From assembly GCA_000091205.1 (NCBI GenBank), contig AP006486.2: a stretch of DNA of 64,000 nucleotides. One strand, given 5' to 3'. This DNA is from Cyanidioschyzon merolae. Lineage: Eukaryota. Every line of letters starts with the position of its first letter. Position 1 is the stretch's first letter. Below, in pieces: positions 9,285 through 18,707 of the stretch. The notes beneath the pieces are model-generated. The model was not told the DNA's origin and made no database searches. It saw nothing but the letters and a program-made list of their open reading frames with translations. Made by a program: the position numbers and the translations under genes.

Positions 9285-10284
9285 TCACTTTTTACTACCA
9301 GGGTTAGCGTTCAGCGCGCGGACCAAGTCCTCGTCTCTCTCACTAGAGTCGAGCTGCAGTTGCAAGATACCCGCATCCAGGAATACCTTGTTGGAGCTCT
9401 TCGCTATTTTCTGCGCGATGTCTCTGGCGGCCTCTATCCGGCGGAGCTCAATAAAGCCCGGATTGCTTTTCATGGCATCGCCGATGAGCTTGGCACTGCG
9501 CGCTTCGCCCTGCGCCCGGATGATTGTGGCCTTCTTATCCTGCATGGCTTTTTCAACGAGAAAGCGACCGCGTTCCGCTTCTTGCTGCGCAACCTGCTTT
9601 GCCTCAACAGCTGCCGTGTATTCCTTGCCAAACGCTAGATGTGTGATGGATATATCGTCGAGCAGGATGTTAAAGTCCTTGGCACGCTCGATCAGGTTCC
9701 GCTGAATCAAACGCGACACCTGTTCTCTCTGCGTGATCAGCTGCGACGCATTAAACTGTGCAACAACTGCTTTTGTCACCTCATTCACGATTGAAGGCAG
9801 CACACGCTCGTCATAGTCCAGACCGAGCGTCTGGTAGATGACTGGTAGTTGTCGCGGGTCGGGTCTAGAGAGCACGCGTATCGTGATCTGAACCATCTGC
9901 AAGTCCCGGGAACCAGTTAACGTTGAAATAGAGCGTGGTTTCGCCCTAACATCATAGATGATCGGCACATCGATCCAGGGAATCCGAATGTGGGTGCCCT
10001 CGGGCACCACTGTGGGTTTCACCCCCACGAGGCGATTAAAAATGACAGCCCGGTGTCCTCCTTCGACTGCGTTCGACGTAGAATGTCTACATGGTTAGTT
10101 TGTGTTCATGATCCCAGGATTCTGACGTATCCCCAGTTCGCTTATGCTTACCATTATAGAGCGCGTACTTGTAGAAGGCCGCTGCACCCACCAGCGCCGT
10201 AACCCCGAGGCCAACCAGGCGCGTGTTCACAGCGCCACCGCCGCCACCACTTCCGAACCCACCAGACGATAACGGGAACCGCAT
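9285..10284 (-). CDS. PHB2: prohibitin-2, two exons (exon 1 ~10153..10284, intron ~10068..10152, exon 2 9285..~10067)
   Basis: Exon 2 ([23 protein letters not shown]...[18 protein letters not shown]...) matches PHB2 end to end. Exon 1 encodes the N-terminal membrane anchor and ends ...YALYN. An 85-nt intron runs GTAAGC...CGCAG and the spliced reading ...YN|[31 protein letters not shown] restores the conserved PHB motif. Intron borders are +/-2 nt. Confidence 0.85.
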
Positions 10285-10312
10285 ATCCTACCGGCCGATC
10301 CCAAATCGTTCG

Positions 10313-10331
10313 CACACGCACACACACACAC
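10313..10331. repeat. (CA)n microsatellite
   Basis: gcacacgcacacacacacaca seen directly; a similar short (CA)n lies at ~818-836. Confidence 0.8.
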
Positions 10332-11924
10332 AAAATAGAGTCTCCCAAGGTATCCTAGCAAACACGCAAAAAGTACACGATCGTGCGCGCTCTTCAGTAA
10401 CAAAACGCTCCAGCCAATAGGGGAGGCAGCGCAGCGCCCTGCGCCATCCGCCGTCAGCCGTCGACGCGATGCGCGCAGCATTGCTGCACTGCCCGGAAAG
10501 CGCGGCTTCGTATAGCTGGTGCTCTTCCGGAGACTGGGACGCAGAGCGGCACCTACATCGCAGTCGTATAACAGAAGCAACATCAGCAGAAGCACACGAG
10601 GGGAGTACGTTTGATTCGGTATAGCTGGAGGCAGCGTTCAACGACGGTTGCGTACGAGCGACCTGCGTTACGCTAGGGCGCTTTTTCTCGCGTGAACGAC
10701 CGGAAGCGGTTGGTACCAGGAGTGCCAGCACCGAAGCCTCTTGTGGTGTGACTGCTACCCAGAAAGCGTCCCGCTGGTGGCGGGCTCGGTTCAGCGAGCG
10801 CGTGAGTTCGCATCTTCGTGCGTACGACGACAGGCACGTAGAGACGCCAGCGTAACGGGTGTAGTGCGCGCCTCCGCCGGGTAACGCTCTTTACCATAAG
10901 GTCGCTGCTTCCAGAAAAGTGTGGTAACATTCGACTGGCGGTTTCACGAACGTGTCATAGTGACAACTGGAACAGCGTACCACCGGTAAGCATGGGTGGT
11001 ACACCGCGCTACCCGTACCCACGCGACGTCTGGTCGCCAGCTGGCGGCTGGTGGCCGCATCCTCGCGCTTGGCGTAGGAACACTGCAGTGGCAGCGTTCG
11101 GCCTCGTTCTTGTTCTGACGCCGATCTTCATCTACTCTGAGCGGATCTCCGAACGGCCTGAGGACGCCGCACGCCAGATCCCTTGGCGGCCGTGGGTCAA
11201 GGTGCGGGCAAACTCCATGACGTCAGAAACTGAACCCGGGCAGCACTGAGGGCCTTGCTGCAGCATGCGGCGGTGCGTCGAGAGCATCAGCGCTTGTGGA
11301 TGGAGCTTGTGCTTCCAAGTCGATCAAGGAGCGGTCACGCAAGCGACGATATAAACCAGAGATTCCGACGCGGTGAGATTCTTCTCTGAACGGAACGGAC
11401 AGGAAAGAATGGCATTTAAGGGTTCTATGCGGAGCGACGCGGACATCTGACCTGTGTTGCATGCGCGGCGCTCCGTGTATCTGTTTCCATATGAGTGCTG
11501 TTATGCGCTGTGGCGAGCAGTGCCAGCGGCAGCGTCTGGTACCAGTATCGCCGCTAACAACGAGCACACTACACTGCACACGCAGTGCAGCCGACAAGCT
11601 CCAGGACGGCAGGTACCAGCGACACACTTGGAGCAACGGGCAGGTTGCGCTTGTCCGATCGTATCCGTTGAGATGGATGCGCATGCTTGTTCCCGCTATC
11701 GAAAATGCAACGGTTGTGTGTCACTTTCGTGAACCGAGTTCGTCTGCGCCAGTCTTTATCGCGTATCTTGTTGCGCCCGAGAAAGATACCGTAAAAACAC
11801 GAGAAACACACCAAGGGTCCCGCATCACCATAAACGTTGAAGCTCGCGAAAACGTGCTGCCCTGGTATCCCAAACCGCGCAAACGTCAGCCAGCGCCGTC
11901 CGCTCCCGCGACCGTAGAATGCAT

Positions 11925-12140
11925 CGCTGGTGAACGTACAACTCACCTCAGGCCCTTTTATCACTCAGAGAACAACATGACGAAGTATGACTGTGCTAGT
12001 GTCCCGAAAGATGCACCGCTGGCGACCATAAACCGCACCTCAGGCCCTTTTATCACTCAGAGAACAACATGACGAAGTATGACTGCGGTGGTGTCCCACC
12101 AGATGCACCGCTGGCGAACGTACAACTCACCTCAGATCCT
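11925..12140. repeat. ~91-bp minisatellite, ~2.3 tandem copies
   Basis: Unit ACCTCAGGCCCTTTTATCACTCAGAGAACAACATGACGAAGTATGACTG...GATGCACCGCTGGCGA.. repeats with period ~91 bp (starts ~11946, ~12037, partial ~12128). Confidence 0.8.
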
Positions 12141-12239
12141 TCCACCGAACTATAGACAACAACACCCTAGACGTCAAAGCTGCCGTCAGCGACTGCAGCC
12201 GCAGGATGAGCGCGTGAACATCCCAGCTCCTCCAACGTC

Positions 12240-13019
12240 ATGGCCTGTCAACGAGTGCCTGGGTCTCGCGGTGCACCCGGGCGATGCGCAGGGCGCGGGC
12301 GCGATCACGTCAGTCGCCTTCTGCCGAGGGACGCGCTTTGCTCCCAAAGAGCAATCATCATCGGAGAACGTGAAGGAATGTTTCTTTCGGGTATAGGTCT
12401 TGACGGGATAGGTGTGCACACACGAGCAACGAATGCCGGCATAAAAAACGTGCGACCAGGGTGCAGGAGACGTGCGGCAGGGGCTTTTCGCTCGGGCAGC
12501 GTCTCGACATCCATGACGTTGACACGGAGGCGCCTCCTGCAACTGGGTCTCGGACAGGCGCTCGTTTGGACACTGAGCGGACTCGCGTGGGACAAAGCCA
12601 GAGCAGCGAATGAGAAAGATGTCCCAGAACTACCGTTTCCAGTGCAGGTCTTAGAAAAAGGTACCGGGCCTCAGCCGCAGACGGGCGACCTCGTGGGGAT
12701 CCGCTTCCGAGCGGCCTATAATGGCCGGGTATTCGACGACATCATGGACTCGTCGGAGCCATTCTACATGCGTGTTGGTTCCGGTAACCTTGTGAAAGGC
12801 GTCGAGGAGGCAGTGAAACGTATGCACGTCGGGGACTTGTGGCGCTTGGAGTTGCCGCCCGCGTACGCCTTTGGGAGCAAGGGCCGCAAGCCGTCCCCCG
12901 GGAAACCCGCGATCCCGCCGAACGCGACGGTCGTATATGAAGTGCGCCTCGATGAAGTACCAGGACGCGAGCAGGAGTTGCTTGAAGTCACTGGCGGCGA
13001 GCTCCGCGAAAACGACTAG
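12240..13019 (+). CDS. FKBP-type peptidyl-prolyl cis-trans isomerase with N-terminal extension containing a twin-arginine (RRRLLQLG) motif
   Basis: C-terminal ~110 aa form an FKBP domain (VQVLEKGTG...GDLVGIRF...VGSGNLVKGVEEAV..MHVGDLWRLELPPAYAFGSKG...IPPNATVVYEVRLDEV). The upstream TRRRLLQLGLGQALVWTLSGLAWDKARA resembles a Tat/lumen-targeting signal. True start may be downstream of 12240. Confidence 0.75.
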   Translation: MACQRVPGSRGAPGRCAGRGRDHVSRLLPRDALCSQRAIIIGEREGMFLSGIGLDGIGVHTRATNAGIKNVRPGCRRRAAGAFRSGSVSTSMTLTRRRLLQLGLGQALVWTLSGLAWDKARAANEKDVPELPFPVQVLEKGTGPQPQTGDLVGIRFRAAYNGRVFDDIMDSSEPFYMRVGSGNLVKGVEEAVKRMHVGDLWRLELPPAYAFGSKGRKPSPGKPAIPPNATVVYEVRLDEVPGREQELLEVTGGELREND

Positions 13020-14137
13020 GTGTAGGCGTGTTGTCCGCGCACAGTGCTCAGAGAGGCGGCATCGCCACACCGACGAGACCCAGGAGGCAGCGCGGTTTGC
13101 AGCACCAGAGTCGCCGCGAAGCCGCTACACACAGCGGCTCTGGGATCGAGCATGACGGACTAGCGGGGTTGGTCACAGTCGCAGACGTCGAGAAGCACAT
13201 GGACGTACTTGCGGTGGCGTTCTTGCGACGAGCGCCCGACGCATGTCGTTCTCGGGCAGCGTGATGCTCGACGCGGTCTATACTGAAGGACAGCGGGTTC
13301 AATTTGGGCATGTAGTCACGGCGAATGGAAAGGTCGATGTCAGCGAAGGTGCGCACAGGGTGTGCGTCAGGGCAACCTGGGGGCAGCTCGCTGGGCACCC
13401 TGTGCCTCGCGACCGCAAAACCCCGCGCGGACGCACAGGCTACCCAAGCGCAGCGTGCGGGCGGTCGATATAGACAGTGCCACAGCGTACGGCGGCGATG
13501 CAGTCGTCCACGAGCACCGTTGCGGCTTGTTGCCCATCGTGGAAAGCAGTTGTCGCGAGGTGTTCTGCATGCGGGCGCGCTGATCGATAGGTGCGCCTCG
13601 CGGCCAATGTGCAGCGGTGATGCCTCTTACGCAAGTGAAGCGATGTGTATTCCATACCTTGGCGTCATCTGTCGATAAACCAAGCGGGTCACGGTCAAGG
13701 ATACATAGCATTTATCGATGAAGCGGGCGTACTTGGCACCACCGAGAGTTCACGTATTTCCCGTCGACATGCTGACTGGAGCGGGGCCCATTCGTTACGA
13801 GACGCAAATCACAGAGAACCGAGCCGCGCTCGGCGCAGTCACGCTGTCTGCAGTGCGATACGCTCTTTAGGTTGCAGCACGTTCGACGACGCATTACAAT
13901 GGCATCCGCGTACCGCCCTGGTATCGCGCGTATGCAACGCAGAACACTGGTTGCATTCCAGGGGCCAGGGTTGTCGGCTGATTCTAGGGTTTTGGCGGCA
14001 GCGACGGCGGCCGAGTCAGAAGCAGTCTTCTATTCGCGCTTGTCGTTGGTATGGGCATTGCCGGGAACACCGCGTGGCGGGTCGCTGTGGATTTCGCGCA
14101 GCCTACGCCAGCTCGGTGCGTGCACTCCACCGGATAC

Positions 14138-17100
14138 TCAGGTCTGCTGTGCATCGCAACGCAGCTGACGCACCAGTTCTTCGAGCTGGCGCGTTGCTCT
14201 CGTAAAGTGCGCTCCTTTCCAGTACAGTTGGTGACATCGCGCACATTCGTAAAAGATATGAAAAGAATTCACAGTTCGCTGTGGCAACAACGTCTGCACT
14301 TCTTCGCGAGAGCGCTGCTCGAAGCGAGCACAGTTGCACTGTATACATCGAGCGAGAAAATTCTCCGGGGCTGGCGATAAGCGAAATTTTCCCAGCACCT
14401 CACGAGCCTGAGATTCCGTCTTTGTCGATGAGACGTAATAACATGGCACGCCGTACCGAGTTGCTCGTGCGAGCACGTCTGCATCGCGGGTGAGGATCAC
14501 CCTCGGCTTGCTTGCCGAAGGAGATCGAACGTCTTCCTCCCGGGTCCAGACAAGTTCGAAGAGAAGCGCTAGATCTTTTCCGCACGTATGCAGCACATCC
14601 AGGCCCAGGGCACGCAGGCGTCTGACCAGGCCACCCATGGTACTATCCACAACAAAATACCCCCGGCAACGATCATCAAAGTATGTTTCCGTCCAGGTCG
14701 CCGATGCGCGTAGTCGTCTCTTGTCGGTGAGCAGCGCGGCCGTGTCCGACACCACCGCACGCACATTCGACTCTGGATGTGACGTTGTCGCTGTCGTCGT
14801 TAACCAGACCGCCTGACGATGCCATTGCAGATCCGAGGCCCGCAGCGCGACCACGCTCTCCGGCGAGCCGCCAGACAAGAACATGAGATCATCGGCAGCA
14901 TCCTTGCCACCGTCAGCGACCTCGCCACGACGCAGTGCAGCGTCCATGAATGTAAGCACCGGTGTCCAGCTGCCGTGTCCACCATCCACCCGCTCGCAAC
15001 GAAGCCCAATGGCCGAAACCGCACCTGACGCGAAACCAAAAATAGTTTCCAACTCAAAAGGCGTTGCAAAACGCAGCGCCCCGCTGCCAAGACCCAAACG
15101 TTCGGCAATCTCGCGCAGTGGTGCTCGACGCTGCCCCTGCATGACGACGAGAATCGGGCGCTGTTCGGCACCGCCAGCGATGAGCGCGATGCACTTGCCC
15201 ATGCGATCCGCAGCAGCGCGCTGCAGCGACGCCGGCGCCCGCTCCAAAGCGGCCAATCGATCAACGAGACAAAATGGACCTGCCAGCAGCGTCTCGCCCA
15301 CACGATACACAGGGCGACGTCGCCATCGCTCGGGCGCCCGCTGCAGCGCATCGCATACGCGTTGCAGCGCATCGTAATGCAGTGCGTGTGAGGTATCTTC
15401 CCCGGACACGTGTCCAAGCGTGGATGATGCATCGGCAGCGGCAACCGTGATACGCTCGATGCGTGCGAGCGCTGCCTGCGCCGTCCGCCATCCAGTGCGT
15501 ATCAGCGACGCGGATGCGCACGGAACGTGCCGCCGTAACGCCAGCAGCACCCACGCGTCGAGGGCGGCGTACTCGATCTGCGCTCGTGTGAGCGGGCGGG
15601 CTTCCCAGTCACTGCAACGGGGTCGCTTATCGAACGCGCGTCCGAGGAAGACGGCAACGAGCTGCGCGAGGCCCACTGTGAGACGTCCGCGACGTCGCAC
15701 GCTGGTGCGTCCAACCAGAGTCGCCAGGTCAGCGCAAAACGCATCCGTGCCCTCTGAACCGATCCGGTCTAGGTCTCGCAATGCGACGATTGCGTCAAAG
15801 CAGGAGAGACCAAGGTATGAGTGTCGGAGGCGCACAAAGTCGGAGCTGAAGCAGAAACCGACTTTGAGAATCGCTGGTGAGCGAAAAAGGCGGCGTAAGG
15901 CTTCATTCAGCCGCATTGCGAACAACGCATCCGCATCGATCCGTAGTAGGTCTACCAGAAACACATCCGCGGGGAACGCTATCTGGAGAAGTGCACATCG
16001 CGGTTGAAGGCCGCTCGTTCGCACCGGCCTCCATTCCACGTCAAGACCGACGCAGTGAGGGTCGAGCCACGGTGTATCCGCAGTGCACGAGTCCGAATGC
16101 TGATGCAAAATGCTCTCGACAAACTGCATCAATGTGTGGACGGCAACGGGTGTATCAACCATGTGGATGCGAACATGCGGCGGCAGCCGAAGCACGCTCA
16201 ATGGAGGCGAATCCATTGCTGCTGCTGTCGTCGGGCTTGAATCGGTTACCTGGCTCGCGGGTTCGCCTGTACGCTGGGCTGTGAGCGCGGGCGTTGGTAT
16301 CGCATCCAAGTCCATAAGTGCGATCCCATGGAGGGGTCTCAGATCGGCAACGCGTCCAGCAGACGACACACATGGCGGATCCGCAACAACTCGACCGCGG
16401 AGAAAGTGCAGTGTATCCACGCCTTGCAAGCCATTCCAAGATTCGGCGCATTCGCGAGCGAGCGACCATTGCTGCTGGGCAACCAGCTCCTGGAACAAAC
16501 GGGATCGCTCCTCTCCCCAGACGACACCGTCGAGTACGCCTAGTCGGCCGAGCATTTGCAGCAAATCGACTGCAGCACGCCAGCACCTGCGTGACACGCA
16601 CGCCCGCATGAGCACTACTGCCTGTTCGGCTGCTGCTGGGTGCAATGTGTGGAGCTGCCACTGGCGGATCATATTTACCAAGATTCGAGGGTCTGCGAAG
16701 CGTTTTGCATTTGCAGCATCATCCTCCGGAGCGAGCAGTAGTCGCCAGTGTAGCACTTCACTCGCCAGCGACTGATGCAGCTGACGAATGTTTGCAGGGG
16801 CAACGTCCTGTGCAACGTCCGTATCGAGCTGCGGATGATCGTCGAAAGCCCACCGATGCGCACTTGAAGGGCACATGCTGTCTCGACACAAGACAGCATC
16901 GACCGCAGTTAGAATCCCTCGCAACGTATTGTCCGTCCAGACAAACTGATCTCGAGAGGCACTCATTGAAGACGAAAACGCTGGTCGGGTCGAGGACGGC
17001 GTCACGGGAGCGTCTCTCACGAGTGACTGCATCATCCAGGCCGCTATGAACAGAACGCGGTCGCGACCGGATTCCACTGAGCCGGCCATGAACTGAGCCA

Positions 17101-17914
17101 ACACCTCAGACACTGCATGTACAATCGTCGTTCTCGCTTCAGGATGTTCGCGGAGCAACTGTTGAAGTTTTTTGCCTAGACGAAAGGCCTGCCGCCCAGA
17201 TTCGTCCATGCCAAGATCATCGTGCCTGTGCCGCGTCGGGCGCAACCAACCGAGCTCGCCAAGCCATCGCTCCAATGACCCATCATCACGTTCATGAGGC
17301 GCATGCTTCGTAGCGACAGGCCTTGTAACACGCTTCGAACCGGGCGCCGTCTCTTGAAGTGGGAAGCACTTGCGACACCGCGTCCGATAGTGCTGACGAC
17401 AACGTACGAGCTTTTGTGGCGTCGCTTGCGCACGCAAGAAAACGCTTTCGCCACCAGCAACGTCATCGTCCGACTTTCCGGCACCTTGCATGGCCAAGGC
17501 GCACGACGGTGCCTGCTCACGCTCGTGTAGATGCACGAGCTGCTCCTCTCCAGCCACTGCAGCTACCTGTGCGCACGACAAATCCAGGTGTCGCTCAGAG
17601 CCTGCTGCTTGTGACGACGATGACGCGAACTGGGTACGTGCCACCCGCTCAGAGGCCGTCGTGTCGCGCAGGCAGCACCGCGGGCCCACTGGTTCAACCG
17701 CTGGGGCGCACTTCGTTGCTGGCGCTTGCCAAGCTTTGCTTCGCTTCACCCTCAGCCGTAAACGCAAGCGCGTCACGTTCACTGCGAAGGCCGAGGAAAG
17801 CTTTTGACGCATGAAACGTGTTCGTTTTCGCGCAAAGCACCTTCGCCCAGCTGCTAGCGGATACCTCTGGCTCCGCTGCAGTTGCCCGCAGGCAACGCCT
17901 GACGCTGCAGTCAA
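14138..17914 (-). CDS. Mut-7/EXD3-like protein: DEDDy 3'-5' exonuclease domain plus C-terminal Mut7-C nuclease/zinc-ribbon domain
   Basis: Central GLDVEWRP...CALLQIAFPADVFLVDLL...ILKVGFCFSSDFVRL...EYAALDAWVLLAL is a WRN/Mut-7-type 3'-5' exonuclease fold. C-terminal GYFVVDSTMGGLVRRLRALGLDVLHT...VILTRDADVL...ARCIQCNCARF...FYECARCHQLYWKGAHF matches the Mut7-C family. The N-terminal ~500 aa are low complexity and the start is uncertain. Confidence 0.75.
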   Translation of the reverse strand: MTAASGVACGQLQRSQRYPLAAGRRCFARKRTRFMRQKLSSAFAVNVTRLRLRLRVKRSKAWQAPATKCAPAVEPVGPRCCLRDTTASERVARTQFASSSSQAAGSERHLDLSCAQVAAVAGEEQLVHLHEREQAPSCALAMQGAGKSDDDVAGGESVFLRAQATPQKLVRCRQHYRTRCRKCFPLQETAPGSKRVTRPVATKHAPHERDDGSLERWLGELGWLRPTRHRHDDLGMDESGRQAFRLGKKLQQLLREHPEARTTIVHAVSEVLAQFMAGSVESGRDRVLFIAAWMMQSLVRDAPVTPSSTRPAFSSSMSASRDQFVWTDNTLRGILTAVDAVLCRDSMCPSSAHRWAFDDHPQLDTDVAQDVAPANIRQLHQSLASEVLHWRLLLAPEDDAANAKRFADPRILVNMIRQWQLHTLHPAAAEQAVVLMRACVSRRCWRAAVDLLQMLGRLGVLDGVVWGEERSRLFQELVAQQQWSLARECAESWNGLQGVDTLHFLRGRVVADPPCVSSAGRVADLRPLHGIALMDLDAIPTPALTAQRTGEPASQVTDSSPTTAAAMDSPPLSVLRLPPHVRIHMVDTPVAVHTLMQFVESILHQHSDSCTADTPWLDPHCVGLDVEWRPVRTSGLQPRCALLQIAFPADVFLVDLLRIDADALFAMRLNEALRRLFRSPAILKVGFCFSSDFVRLRHSYLGLSCFDAIVALRDLDRIGSEGTDAFCADLATLVGRTSVRRRGRLTVGLAQLVAVFLGRAFDKRPRCSDWEARPLTRAQIEYAALDAWVLLALRRHVPCASASLIRTGWRTAQAALARIERITVAAADASSTLGHVSGEDTSHALHYDALQRVCDALQRAPERWRRRPVYRVGETLLAGPFCLVDRLAALERAPASLQRAAADRMGKCIALIAGGAEQRPILVVMQGQRRAPLREIAERLGLGSGALRFATPFELETIFGFASGAVSAIGLRCERVDGGHGSWTPVLTFMDAALRRGEVADGGKDAADDLMFLSGGSPESVVALRASDLQWHRQAVWLTTTATTSHPESNVRAVVSDTAALLTDKRRLRASATWTETYFDDRCRGYFVVDSTMGGLVRRLRALGLDVLHTCGKDLALLFELVWTREEDVRSPSASKPRVILTRDADVLARATRYGVPCYYVSSTKTESQAREVLGKFRLSPAPENFLARCIQCNCARFEQRSREEVQTLLPQRTVNSFHIFYECARCHQLYWKGAHFTRATRQLEELVRQLRCDAQQT

Positions 17915-18416
17915 CGTCGAATAACGAGCAAGGAATGCGCTGCGGCTGGAGCGAAGCGCCGGTGGGCGTCCACCGGCGCAGCTCAGGGGGAACGATCGTT
18001 GAGGCAGGCGCTTTCGTGGCGTACGCTTTATGGGCCTTTACCTCGAGTGTATTTTATCCTCAGGTGTGGGTAACCAATTGCTTATCCATGGTGCATAGCG
18101 GATGCGTTAGAAGTGCGTTCATTGGAAGGAAGAAAGGCTGTCATCGCCGGATGCGATAAAAAATACCAAAAAAATGTCTCTTGTCGCCGACTGCCGAGCG
18201 ACGGCGATAAAGAAAAACAAGAGGGCATCTAGGCGAGGAAAGGCGTTCGCCCGGCCTGGCGATGGCCAGACTCTAGGGGTACAGGGGGGTGAGGGTGAGG
18301 GGGGTGTTCGACTCTGAGCAATCCCTGAATTGGTGCGTTCAACCAGCGGCACTGCATATAAGGAGTTCATCAACGAAGACTTTTCACACCACGATCGATA
18401 CCAAGCGACGGGTGTG

Positions 18417-18560
18417 GTGCTGGAGACGAGAAACCCGAGGAGCTGACGCGATCCAGCCCAGTCGGACAGCCGCTCACGGTCGACTTGTACAACGACAAGT
18501 TGGAATCAGTACCAAGGGGCCGGTCAAAAAAAGTCGCGAAGCACCTGCACGTCGGTCTCT
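18417..18560 (+). repeat. solo degenerate 3'-terminal fragment of the Fanzor element (RuvC-III-downstream region)
   Basis: ctggagacgagaaacccgaggagctgacgcgatccagcc...gttggaatcagtaccaaggggccggtcaaaaaaagtcgcgaagcacctgcac aligns with copy-2 7315-7455 (ctggagacgagacctccagagccgacaagagag...gttggaagcagtagtgggtggccggtccaaaaagactgcgaggcgcctgcac). Confidence 0.5.
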
Positions 18561-18707
18561 CTACATACACGCTACGGTCGGAATGCACTTTGGTGCTGCA
18601 TCGGTGGCGGCATTCGTACCGCATAGCGTAGCACATACCGCTGCCTAGTCAGGCACGATGCATCACGCGAGGTCGTCCGCTGCTACGCGAAACGCGCTTC
18701 CAGCGTC

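Noticed and set aside
9036-9705. ORFs 9036..9638 and 9280..9705 (+)
   Set aside because: They are antisense to the strongly supported prohibitin-2 exon 2.
10020-10030. Apparent one-base discrepancy between my reading of the printed sequence and the supplied ORF translations around 10020-10030, inside PHB2 exon 2
   Set aside because: It cannot be resolved by eye. The ORF-track reading (…[21 protein letters not shown]) is the biologically conserved one, so I followed it and quote intron and exon borders as +/-2 nt.
14800-16800. Several 150-220-aa ORFs antisense or out of frame within the Mut-7-like gene (e.g. 14800..15444, 14883..15377, 15420..16007, 16110..16775, 16155..16661)
   Set aside because: GC-rich DNA gives long stop-free frames. 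They are Arg/Ala/Ser-rich low complexity with no homologs, and they overlap a well-supported 1258-aa gene.
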